A stretch of DNA of 64,000 bases, taken from assembly GCA_028288405.1 (NCBI GenBank), contig JAQBNS010000034.1, positions 27,221-91,220 of the forward strand, in the 5' to 3' direction. Below the pieces are notes generated by a model. That model was not told the origin of the DNA and made no database searches. It saw only the letters and a program-made list of their open reading frames with translations. Each line of letters opens with the position of its first letter. Position 1 is the stretch's first letter. This document shows, piece after piece, positions 18,759-26,691 of the stretch. Source of the stretch: Chitinophagaceae bacterium (lineage in GTDB: Bacteria > Bacteroidota > Bacteroidia > Cytophagales > Cytophagaceae). A program made the position numbers and the translations under genes.

Positions 18759-19349
18759 TTAATGCTTTAACCAGTTTAAGACCATTTGTTCTCCGTGTTC
18801 TGTCAAAATAGATTCCGGATGAAACTGAACGCCTCTTACATCATATGTTTTATGGCGCAAAGCCATGATCTGATTTTTTTCATCCACCGCAGTAATTTCC
18901 AGATCCGATGGAAAATCTTTGTTAGCCACTGCCCAAGAATGGTAGCGCCCGGCTTTGAACGTCGCAGGCAATCCTTCGAAGGTAAGATCAGAGGGGACCG
19001 TCACTTTAATATCTGTGGCGATACCATGGTATACTTTATCCAAATTGATCAGCGTACCACCGAACACTTCACCGATGGCTTGCAGGCCCAGGCATACACC
19101 GAAAATACTTTTTGTCGGCGCATAGGTACGGATCACTTCATGCAGGATGCCTGCTTCCGAAGGAATACCAGGACCAGGTGACAATAAAATTTTATCGTAA
19201 GCGGCAATGTCAGCCAATGGAATTTGGTCGTTGCGGTATACTTCCAGGTTTTTGTAACCCAATCCTTTTATATAATGTACCAGATTGTAGGTAAAAGAAT
19301 CGTAGTTGTCGAAAACCAATATCTTTGTTTTTGCTTTATCTGTGCTCAT
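18759..19349 (-). CDS. trpG: anthranilate synthase component II (glutamine amidotransferase)
   Basis: Class-I GATase motifs GVCLGLQ and FHPES. Confidence 0.9.
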   Translation of the reverse strand: MSTDKAKTKILVFDNYDSFTYNLVHYIKGLGYKNLEVYRNDQIPLADIAAYDKILLSPGPGIPSEAGILHEVIRTYAPTKSIFGVCLGLQAIGEVFGGTLINLDKVYHGIATDIKVTVPSDLTFEGLPATFKAGRYHSWAVANKDFPSDLEITAVDEKNQIMALRHKTYDVRGVQFHPESILTEHGEQMVLNWLKH

Positions 19350-19362
19350 GATTTTGGATCGA

Positions 19363-20775
19363 TTAAATGGTAACAGCCTTTTCGATGGCTTTTTTTACAG
19401 CAGCCAATTTGTTGTGCACTTCCTGCAATTCGCTTTCTCTGACAGAAAGATCCACTACACCCGCACCGGCCTGATAATATAATTGATTGTATTTGCTTAA
19501 AATGGATCGGATCATGATGGCGTGATTGAATTCACCATTGAAACCGATGTATCCGATGGCTCCGCCGTAAAATCCACGGTTGCCTTTTTCATACTGATCA
19601 ATCAGCTGCATAGCTCTGTGTTTCGGAGCGCCGCTCAAAGTCCCTGCAGGGAACGTATCAGCTACTACTTGTATATAGTCTTCCGGATGTTCCAAAATGC
19701 CTTTTACCTTTGACACCAAATGAATCACGTGTGAATAGTACTGTACTTCTTTGAATGTTTCCACTTTTACCTGTTCACCGTGGCGGCTTAAATCATTTCT
19801 CGCCAGATCCACCAACATCACGTGTTCGGAATTTTCTTTGGGATCGTTCAGTAATTCTTTCGCCAGGTCATAATCTTTCACATCGTCACCTGTTCTGCGG
19901 AAAGTACCGGCAATCGGGAAAATGAATGCGGCATCGTCTTTAATCACGATCTGTGCTTCCGGTGAAGAACCGAAAATGCGGAAACTGCCGTAATCGAAAT
20001 AGAATAAATAAGGAGAAGGATTAATAGAACGTAAACTTCTGTACACATTGAAGTCGTCTCCGGCATAGCCGCGCTGAAATCTTCTGGACAAAACAATTTG
20101 GAAGACATCTCCTCTGCGGCAATGTTGTTTGCCTTTATCGATGATGGCCAGATACTCTTCGTCCGTTAGATTGGAGGTTTCTTCTGTAGTTAAAGAGAAA
20201 TGAAACTCAGGAACATTCTGATTTTGTACCAGTGTTTTTATTTTTTCGATCTGAGAAGGACCGGACAATTGATTCTCCAATTGATTTTCAACAATCGTCA
20301 ATTCGTTGTTAAAATGATTGAAGACTAATAAATAGCGGTAAAACAGATAATACACTTCCGGAATTTTGCGGTCGTCGTTTTCAAATGTGGATATCTCCAC
20401 CTGTTCAAAATAACGCACCGTATCATAAGACATGTAGCCAAACAATCCGGAAGTAATGAAAGGAGACGAAGCCTTTGTGGTATCAAAACTCCCAATGAAA
20501 TCAGAAAGAGCTTCCGTCACGGTCTCGCGACTGGCTGTTTGTGTATGTGGTTTTTGTCCGGGTAAAACGGTTTCGATGATTCCGTTTTCTACTTTAAAAG
20601 AAGCCAAGGGTTCGCAACCTATATAAGAATAGATGTCTTGCGTGCCGTGGTAATCCGAACTTTCCAGCAGACAACTGTAGGGGAAGTGGTCTCTCAGTTT
20701 AAGGTATACCGATACCGGTGTCAGCATATCGGCCAATAGTGATTGAGTGGTAGTGTTTATCTTTATCTTTTTCAT
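19363..20775 (-). CDS. trpE: anthranilate synthase component I
   Basis: LLESS near the N-terminus. C-terminal chorismate-binding motifs (GTLSGAPK, RGFYGGAIGY). Confidence 0.95.
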   Translation of the reverse strand: MKKIKINTTTQSLLADMLTPVSVYLKLRDHFPYSCLLESSDYHGTQDIYSYIGCEPLASFKVENGIIETVLPGQKPHTQTASRETVTEALSDFIGSFDTTKASSPFITSGLFGYMSYDTVRYFEQVEISTFENDDRKIPEVYYLFYRYLLVFNHFNNELTIVENQLENQLSGPSQIEKIKTLVQNQNVPEFHFSLTTEETSNLTDEEYLAIIDKGKQHCRRGDVFQIVLSRRFQRGYAGDDFNVYRSLRSINPSPYLFYFDYGSFRIFGSSPEAQIVIKDDAAFIFPIAGTFRRTGDDVKDYDLAKELLNDPKENSEHVMLVDLARNDLSRHGEQVKVETFKEVQYYSHVIHLVSKVKGILEHPEDYIQVVADTFPAGTLSGAPKHRAMQLIDQYEKGNRGFYGGAIGYIGFNGEFNHAIMIRSILSKYNQLYYQAGAGVVDLSVRESELQEVHNKLAAVKKAIEKAVTI

Positions 20776-20796
20776 GTGATCGAATTCCTTTTAAAT

Positions 20797-20831
20797 AAGT
20801 AAGGCTTGCTGTGGATCAGCAAGCCTTACTT
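20797..20831 (-). terminator. putative trp attenuator hairpin (15 bp stem, 5 nt loop)
   Basis: On the minus strand AAGUAAGGCUUGCUG-AUCCA-CAGCAAGCCUUACUU is followed by AUUUAAAA. It lies between the WWW leader ORF and the trpE ATG. The U-tract is weak. Confidence 0.5.
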
Positions 20832-20879
20832 TTATATCTTAATGTATACAAATAGAGGTCGTGTGTCCACCAACTGGAT

Positions 20880-20921
20880 TTATGATTCCCACCACCAATA
20901 TTTGTTTACGTTGTTTGTCAT
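20880..20921 (-). CDS. trpL: trp operon leader peptide MTNNVNKYWWWES
   Basis: Hand translation of the minus strand: ATG ACA AAC AAC GTA AAC AAA TAT TGG TGG TGG GAA TCA TAA. Three consecutive Trp codons, 104 nt upstream of the trpE start. Confidence 0.65.
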   Translation of the reverse strand: MTNNVNKYWWWES

Positions 20922-20938
20922 GTGCTTTATTATTTTTT

Positions 20939-20946
20939 CAAAAATA
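20939..20946 (-). promoter_or_regulatory. Bacteroidota -7 promoter motif TATTTTTG for the trp leader
   Basis: The minus strand reads TATTTTTG (TAnnTTTG), 17 nt upstream of the leader ATG. Confidence 0.4.
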
Positions 20947-21022
20947 AGCATTATTTGACCATACATACAACAGCCTGACCGAAAATTTTGCTTTAGAGCA
21001 TGGAGTGCGCTGCTTATTCCGC

Positions 21023-21030
21023 TATCTTTG
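21023..21030 (+). promoter_or_regulatory. Bacteroidota -7 promoter motif TATCTTTG for lysA
   Basis: Exact TAnnTTTG match, 25 nt upstream of ATG 21056. Confidence 0.4.
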
Positions 21031-21055
21031 CACAAATTATTCTTTATTACGCATC

Positions 21056-22309
21056 ATGGAATTAACAAACGGCAGTTACGGCATCCAGAGCATAGCACTG
21101 ACTACTCTGGCAGAAAAGTATCAAACTCCTTTATATGTATATGACGGAGAAAAAATCGTGAATCAATACAAACGACTTAAAAATGCGTTTGATGGTACGC
21201 GTGTAAAGATAAAGTACGCCGCAAAAGCTTTGACCAATCAATCGATACTGACTTTGCTTCAGAAAGCAGGATCAGGAGTAGATGTTGTTTCTATAAATGA
21301 ATTACAACTGGCGCTTCGTGCAGGATTTGCTCCGGCTGATATTATGTTTACTCCCAATTGTGTTGATTTTTCTGAAATAGAAGAAGCCATCACGTTGAAT
21401 GTACATATCAACATCGACAATCTTCCCTTCCTGAAAAAGTTTGGAGAGCAGTATGGATCTTCTGTACCGGTATGCATACGCATTAACCCACACATCGATG
21501 CGGGAGGAAATGAGAAGATCATGACCGGACATCGTGAGTCAAAATTTGGCATTTCGATCGAACAAGAGCAAAATATACTGGACATCGTGGCTCAATACAA
21601 GCTCAACGTCGAAGGTATCCATGTACACAGTGGTTCTGATTTCAAATCAGCAGATGCGTTCGTGAGTGCAGCTGAAATCATGTTCAAGGTGGCGAAAGAT
21701 TATCCTTCACTCTCTTTCATCGACTTTGGAAGTGGATTTAAAGTCGCCTACAAAGAAGGAGATCATGCCACAGACATCGAAGAGCTCGGAAAGAAGATGA
21801 GCAGTGCCTTTAAAGCCTTCTGCGCTGCTTATGGAAGGGAATTAGAGCTTTGGTTTGAGCCCGGAAAGTTCTTAGTAAGCGAATCAGGATTGCTTTTGAC
21901 AACCTGTACAGTGATTAAAGAGACTCCCGCCTGTACTTTCATCGGAGTAAACTCCGGATTGAACCATTTGATCCGTCCGATGATGTACGGAGCATACCAT
22001 TCGATCTTTAATGTGAGCAATCCGACCGGAAAACAGAAAAAATATAACGTTGTAGGATACATTTGCGAAACCGACACCTTCGGGAAAGCCCTAGACATCA
22101 GCGAAGCCAAAGAAGGCGATATTATCGCGCTAAAAAATGCCGGCGCTTATGGATTCAGTATGAGCTCGAATTATAACAGTCGTTTTCGCCCCGCGGAGGT
22201 TTTAATCTTGAATGGAAAAGACTTTTTGATCAGGAAAAGAGAAGTTTTTGACGACCTTTTGAAAAATCAGGTAGAAATTTTTTCAGCCGAGACCAGTTTG
22301 CAAGTTTAG
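21056..22309 (+). CDS. lysA: diaminopimelate decarboxylase
   Basis: Start MELTNGSY...TPLYVYD. Orn/DAP/Arg decarboxylase motifs (KYAAKA PLP-lysine region, GSGF, CETDT). Confidence 0.9.
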   Translation: MELTNGSYGIQSIALTTLAEKYQTPLYVYDGEKIVNQYKRLKNAFDGTRVKIKYAAKALTNQSILTLLQKAGSGVDVVSINELQLALRAGFAPADIMFTPNCVDFSEIEEAITLNVHINIDNLPFLKKFGEQYGSSVPVCIRINPHIDAGGNEKIMTGHRESKFGISIEQEQNILDIVAQYKLNVEGIHVHSGSDFKSADAFVSAAEIMFKVAKDYPSLSFIDFGSGFKVAYKEGDHATDIEELGKKMSSAFKAFCAAYGRELELWFEPGKFLVSESGLLLTTCTVIKETPACTFIGVNSGLNHLIRPMMYGAYHSIFNVSNPTGKQKKYNVVGYICETDTFGKALDISEAKEGDIIALKNAGAYGFSMSSNYNSRFRPAEVLILNGKDFLIRKREVFDDLLKNQVEIFSAETSLQV

Positions 22310-22337
22310 GCCCTAAAAAAACCAACTTTATACACAG

Positions 22338-22386
22338 CCTTCTGTAGCCATTGATTTTACTGGTACTACAGAAGGTTTGTTTTTTA
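22338..22386 (+). terminator. intrinsic terminator downstream of lysA
   Basis: Stem ccttctgtag / ctacagaagg followed by TTTGTTTTTT. Confidence 0.6.
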
Positions 22387-22556
22387 GATGAAGAGCTATA
22401 ACCCGTTTAAATCTCATTCTCCCGAAAAAAAAATGGGTGTAGATAATTTTTTGCATAAAGAGTTGTTTGGAAGTTTAAAATAATTTACATATTATTGAAA
22501 TAGATTTAGTCAAGTATTTTTTAACTAATTATTTAATTACAAAAAAGGAGGAGACC

Positions 22557-22850
22557 ATGGCAAAAGCTAAAACTTCTAAGAAATCTGCAGCTAAGAAACC
22601 TGCTGCAAAGAAAAAAGTAGCTGCTAAGAAAAAAGTAGCGAAAAAAGCAACTAAGAAAGTAGCTAAGAAAGCTGCTAAGAAAGTAGCTAAAAAAGCAACT
22701 AAAAAAGTAGCTAAAAAAGCTGCTAAGAAAGTAGCTAAAAAAGCAACTAAAAAAGTAGCTAAGAAAGCTGCTAAGAAAGCTGCTCCAAAGAAAAAAGCTG
22801 CTAAGAAAAAAGCTGCTAAAAAAGTAGCTAGTAGCGCACCACAAGCATAA
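22557..22850 (+). CDS. histone H1-like Lys/Ala-rich repetitive DNA-binding protein
   Basis: 97 aa composed almost entirely of A/K/V/T repeats (AKKATKKVAKKAAKKV x3). Strong SD AAGGAGGAG 22545-22553. Strong terminator follows. Confidence 0.8.
   Translation: MAKAKTSKKSAAKKPAAKKKVAAKKKVAKKATKKVAKKAAKKVAKKATKKVAKKAAKKVAKKATKKVAKKAAKKAAPKKKAAKKKAAKKVASSAPQA
22638..22781 (+). repeat. 48 bp x3 in-frame tandem repeat inside the histone-like gene
   Basis: Units 22638-22685, 22686-22733 and 22734-22781 differ only at synonymous aag/aaa positions and the last codon. Confidence 0.85.
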
Positions 22851-22872
22851 CATCTTTGTGATGTAAAGCTTT

Positions 22873-22903
22873 AAAACACGGACTTCGGTCCGTGTTTTTT
22901 TTT
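22873..22903 (+). terminator. intrinsic terminator
   Basis: acacggac-ttcg-gtccgtgt followed by a run of 9 T. Confidence 0.9.
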
Positions 22904-22926
22904 GCCCCATAGACATAGACATAGAC

Positions 22927-22954
22927 AGGAACGAGCCAGGAGGGACGAGGGACG
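22927..22954. repeat. R1 repeat arm (GGAACGA-GCCAGGA-GGGACGA-GGGACG)
   Basis: Same heptamer modules as the other R1 copies. The partner arm lies about 400 bp away at 23335-23361. Confidence 0.7.
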
Positions 22955-23036
22955 CATAGATTAAAGGGCTCCAACGCTGCTAAGAGCTGTTCATAAGTCA
23001 TTAGTTTTGTCGGGAATACTTCTCCTCTATACTTTT

Positions 23037-23291
23037 CACTAGCTGTCTTGCCCCTAAATCACCTAAAGGGACTTGTCAGTCATGAGTATGTAGCAAGAGC
23101 AACAATTCATTTCTTGCTGTCTAACCCCTAAATCACCTAAAGGGGACCTGATGTTGATGAGTAGGGAGAAAGAGAACCCTTTATAAAGAAGGAGAAACAG
23201 AAAGAGAAAGAGGGGTGAGTGACAGTATTTTTCTTTCTGTTTCTCTTTCTTTAAAGCTCCCTTCAAGGAATTAGGGGCAAGACAGCTAGTG
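23037..23291. mobile_element. R2 MITE-like element (degenerate copy)
   Basis: Ends cactagctgtcttgcccctaa... / ...ttaggggcaagacagctagtg are inverted repeats (first 22 nt perfect). Internal second R2 unit at 23116-23147. The segment gggacttgtcagtcatgagtatgtagcaagagcaaca matches the reverse complement of 60048-60084 with 2 mismatches. Confidence 0.6.
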
Positions 23292-23334
23292 ATCTCACCT
23301 ACGTCTTACGTTCTACTTACTTCTCTTATCAAAT

Positions 23335-23361
23335 CGTTCCTGGTCCCTCCTAGCTCGTCGC
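23335..23361. repeat. R1 repeat arm (complementary orientation)
   Basis: cgttcctggtccctcctagctcgtcgc. About 16 nt are complementary to 22931-22946. Confidence 0.65.
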
Positions 23362-23378
23362 TAACGTCTCTGTATAAA

Positions 23379-23415
23379 CAAAAAAAGTCTCCCGCTAAAC
23401 AGCGGGAGACTTTTA
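23379..23415 (-). terminator. intrinsic terminator of the MFS transporter gene (bidirectional shape)
   Basis: Stem agtctcccgct / agcgggagact with loop aaac. The minus strand is followed by a run of 7 U. Confidence 0.85.
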
Positions 23416-23436
23416 ATCCGTGAGGTATGTATTAAC

Positions 23437-24672
23437 CTAGTACAGGTTGGTTCTTTTCTCGTATCTCGAACCTTTTAGTCCGTAGTAGAAGATGTAAGCG
23501 TAGCAAGCCAGTATGATAGATAAGCCGGCAGCGACAGACATCGAAGGTAGCGTAACAATGTTCATGAACAACAATGGAATTACTGCACCACCTAGAATCA
23601 TCATGATCAAATAAGAAGAACCTTCTTCTGTGAACTTACCCAAGCCGTCAATGGCCAACATAAAGGTACAAGGCCATAGAATAGAGTTAAACAAGCCGAT
23701 CAATACAAGGAACAAGATCGTATGTTCTCCACCGGTAAACATCAGGTAGAACAAGATCATCAAAATTGCTCCAAGTGTATTTACCATGACCAATTTACGC
23801 GGGCTTAATTTAATGAGAGCAGCAGCACCGATGAAACGGCCGATCATAGCCAATCCCCAATAGTGTTGTGAGAAACCAGGATCTTGTCTGTATATAAATT
23901 GTCCTATCGCCACTTCCGCACCTACGTAAGCAAAGATGGCAATCATACCCAATACAAAGTGCTTTACCTGCAATTCGTTCGTAATAGGTTTGTCTGATTT
24001 AATGTTGGGTTCTACTGCTGAAGTCTGAATGCTTGGCAAATTAGCGAAGTATACCAATGCACTAATCAATAACCAAAGTCCGCCAAGGATCAAATAAGGA
24101 ATTTGTACATAGTTGACTTTAGCGCTGTCTATTTCTGCCGGTGACAACAAACCAAAATCGTCAGGATTGAAACCCGCTATGTTATAAAAAACACCCGCAG
24201 CCAATAAAGGAGCAAGGAAAGTACCTAATGAGTTGAATGCACCGATCAAACTTAAACGAGAAGCCGATGTTTGTCTTTCACCTACCAACAATACATATGG
24301 GTTAGCTGAAGTTTGCAAAAGGGTAAAGCCCGTTGCGACAATCACCAATGCAATGATGAAAAGTGGGAAAGACCTAAAACCTGCCGCTGGGTAAAACAAA
24401 AAGCAACCAGTGGCTGCCAATAATGTTCCTGCTAAAAGACCTTTACGAAATCCGATTTTGTCTATGATTTTACCAGAAGGATATCCTGCTATAAAGTACG
24501 TACTGTAAAATGCTACGTGAATGAATAGAGCCTGAAAGGGAGTTAAACGGAAAACATCGCTCAACTCATTTGTCAAAGCAATGTTTAGCACTGTAATAAG
24601 TCCCCACATGAAAAAGAGGATAGACATTACGGAAAGTGCTTTGTTAAGGTTTACTTTTTTGTCGGTGTACAT
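23437..24672 (-). CDS. sugar MFS transporter (FucP / glucose-galactose GluP family)
   Basis: 12-TM pattern. N-terminal FFMWGLITVLN...L...F.L and the PSGKIIDKIGFRKG loop are typical of the FucP/GluP family. Confidence 0.8.
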   Translation of the reverse strand: MYTDKKVNLNKALSVMSILFFMWGLITVLNIALTNELSDVFRLTPFQALFIHVAFYSTYFIAGYPSGKIIDKIGFRKGLLAGTLLAATGCFLFYPAAGFRSFPLFIIALVIVATGFTLLQTSANPYVLLVGERQTSASRLSLIGAFNSLGTFLAPLLAAGVFYNIAGFNPDDFGLLSPAEIDSAKVNYVQIPYLILGGLWLLISALVYFANLPSIQTSAVEPNIKSDKPITNELQVKHFVLGMIAIFAYVGAEVAIGQFIYRQDPGFSQHYWGLAMIGRFIGAAALIKLSPRKLVMVNTLGAILMILFYLMFTGGEHTILFLVLIGLFNSILWPCTFMLAIDGLGKFTEEGSSYLIMMILGGAVIPLLFMNIVTLPSMSVAAGLSIILACYAYIFYYGLKGSRYEKRTNLY

Positions 24673-24796
24673 GTTAAACTAGATTTTAAAAAACCAAATA
24701 CTCGTTGATCGGAGAATATACGTTGTATATTTATATAAAGTTATTTGACAATCCAATTAATTTAACCAATAATGCAAAAAAATGATTTAAGCACCA

Positions 24797-25102
24797 ATGT
24801 TTATTCTCAATACAACCTATATCACTACCAAAAATAACGAGGAGGCCTGGAAGAATTGGTTGAAAGAAGATGCTTTCTCACAAAGCATTGCATTCAGAAC
24901 GCCCGATTTCAGAGTCTACCGGATCAACCATGCCGCCGATGAGGACCAGGTGAGTTTCGCTGTTCAGTTTCCATTTGATAACATGGCCATGCTCGACCTT
25001 TTTCAGGAAGAATTAGAAGGGATTCACCAAAGCAGTCTGGCCAAAAGATTTGGGCCTCAGTGTGTCTTTTTTATGACGGTGCTGAGTCACGAAAAAATAT
25101 AA
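24797..25102 (+). CDS. DUF4286-like small protein
   Basis: 101 aa. The N-terminal MFILNTTY...W..W pattern resembles DUF4286 from memory. Confidence 0.45.
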   Translation: MFILNTTYITTKNNEEAWKNWLKEDAFSQSIAFRTPDFRVYRINHAADEDQVSFAVQFPFDNMAMLDLFQEELEGIHQSSLAKRFGPQCVFFMTVLSHEKI

Positions 25103-25140
25103 AAAGGCCGCATGAGTATTCCTACTATGCGGCCTTTCTC
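25101..25140. terminator. bidirectional intrinsic terminator
   Basis: Stem aaggccgcat / atgcggcctt between convergent genes. Confidence 0.75.
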
Positions 25141-25159
25141 CTTTTGATTTAATATCTTC

Positions 25160-26431
25160 TTAGATTTTTTCAAACCCGGTATAAGTATGCAATACTTTGG
25201 GAAGCTTGATACCATCAGCCGTTTGGTTATTCTCCAATAGTGCTGCTACAATACGAGGTAAGGCCATGGCACTGCCATTCAGCGTGTGCAGCAATTGAAT
25301 TTTTCCTTCTGTATTCTTATAACGCAACTTCAAACGATTGGCTTGATAGACTTCAAAATTACTTACAGAACTCACTTCCAACCATCTTTTCTGTGCCGCT
25401 GAATACACTTCAAAATCAAATGTCAAAGCAGAAGTGAAACTCATATCGCCCCCGCACAATTTCAAAATACGGAAAGGAAGTTCAAGCTTTGTCAACAATG
25501 ACGTGACATGCGCTTTCATTTCTTCCAATATAGCATAAGAATTTTCTGCCTTTGAGATCTGCACAATTTCTACTTTGTCAAACTGATGCAAGCGATTCAA
25601 GCCTCTCACATCTGCACCCCAGGAACCGGCTTCTCTTCTGAAGCATGGTGTATAACCTACATTTTTTACCGGCAACTGATCTTCTTTCAAGATCACATCT
25701 CTGTATAAGTTGGTAATCGGAACTTCCGCCGTTGGAATCAGGTACAAATCATCGGTCGCATCGTGGTACATCTGACCGTCTTTGTCTGGCAATTGTCCGG
25801 TAGCAAAACCCGATGCGGCATTGACCAATATCGGTGGTTGGATCTCTATGTATCCCGCTGCTGTAGCTTCGTCCAAAAAGAAATTGATCAGGGCACGCTG
25901 TAGCTTAGCGCCTTTGTTTTTATAGACAGGAAAACCGGCACCGGCAATTTTATTGCCCAACTCGAAATCGATGATGTCATATTCTTTGATCAGCTCCCAA
26001 TGAGGTTTGGCTTGATCTGACAATACCGGTATGCTGCCCGCTTTATAGACTTCTACATTCTCTTCCGGTGTTCTTCCTTCGGGTACTTCAGGACTCGGCA
26101 CATTGGGAATGCGTACCAGAATAGCCATCACTTCTTCTTCCAGAGCGGTCAATTGATCTTGCAATTCCTTCAGCAAAGATTTGTTCTCTGCCGTCTTGCC
26201 TTTCAATACTTCTGCTTCTTCCTTCTTGCCTGACTTCATCAATTCGCCTATTTGTTTGGCCAAACCATTGGCTTCAGCAGATAAAGCGTCTGTTTTATGT
26301 TGTATCTCCCTGCGCTTCTGATCCAGCAAAATCACACTATCTATGAGCTTTTCGGCATCTTTTAAGTGTTTTTTACGTAAACCAGCAACAACAGCATCTT
26401 TCTGTTCTCTTATAAGATTAATGGGTAACAT
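25160..26431 (-). CDS. serS: serine--tRNA ligase
   Basis: Start MLPINLIREQKD (ATG 26431). N-terminal coiled-coil arm. Class II motifs (FRRE.GS.G.D.RGL.R.HQF.KVE, TLNGSA). Confidence 0.95.
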   Translation of the reverse strand: MLPINLIREQKDAVVAGLRKKHLKDAEKLIDSVILLDQKRREIQHKTDALSAEANGLAKQIGELMKSGKKEEAEVLKGKTAENKSLLKELQDQLTALEEEVMAILVRIPNVPSPEVPEGRTPEENVEVYKAGSIPVLSDQAKPHWELIKEYDIIDFELGNKIAGAGFPVYKNKGAKLQRALINFFLDEATAAGYIEIQPPILVNAASGFATGQLPDKDGQMYHDATDDLYLIPTAEVPITNLYRDVILKEDQLPVKNVGYTPCFRREAGSWGADVRGLNRLHQFDKVEIVQISKAENSYAILEEMKAHVTSLLTKLELPFRILKLCGGDMSFTSALTFDFEVYSAAQKRWLEVSSVSNFEVYQANRLKLRYKNTEGKIQLLHTLNGSAMALPRIVAALLENNQTADGIKLPKVLHTYTGFEKI

Positions 26432-26691
26432 ATCGTATATTTGTATTGTCGGACACAAGTTAGAGAAAATGGCCGAATTTTATAAATAATAACTATTTGC
26501 AGTAATATTACCTAGACTATTGACTTATAGTATAAATCGGTTTATTATTGCAATACCAAATGCAAAGCTGAACATTCTTTGGTTCACACCTCTTAGAATA
26601 CAACTCACTGGATTTATTGATTTATCGCCTTTACACCTCCCGCCAGATTTAAGGCTTCGTCCTGAATCTATTTAATTAATTATTTTATTTT

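Noticed and set aside
20947-21055. Possible lysine riboswitch upstream of lysA
   Set aside because: Only about 25 nt lie between the candidate lysA promoter motif and the ATG. The whole divergent spacer is shared with the trp leader and is too short for an approx 180 nt L-box. No conserved L-box motifs were seen.
22533-22922. 129 aa Ser/Phe-rich ORF antisense to the histone-like gene
   Set aside because: It is the mirror image of the Lys/Ala repeat (AAG/GCT read backwards). It has no SD or promoter motif. The flanking SD and terminator are oriented for the plus-strand gene.
23063-23266. 67 aa ORF inside the nested repeat block
   Set aside because: Low-complexity (LFLFLLL, KEKQKEK) translation of purine/pyrimidine-rich hairpin arms. 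No start context.
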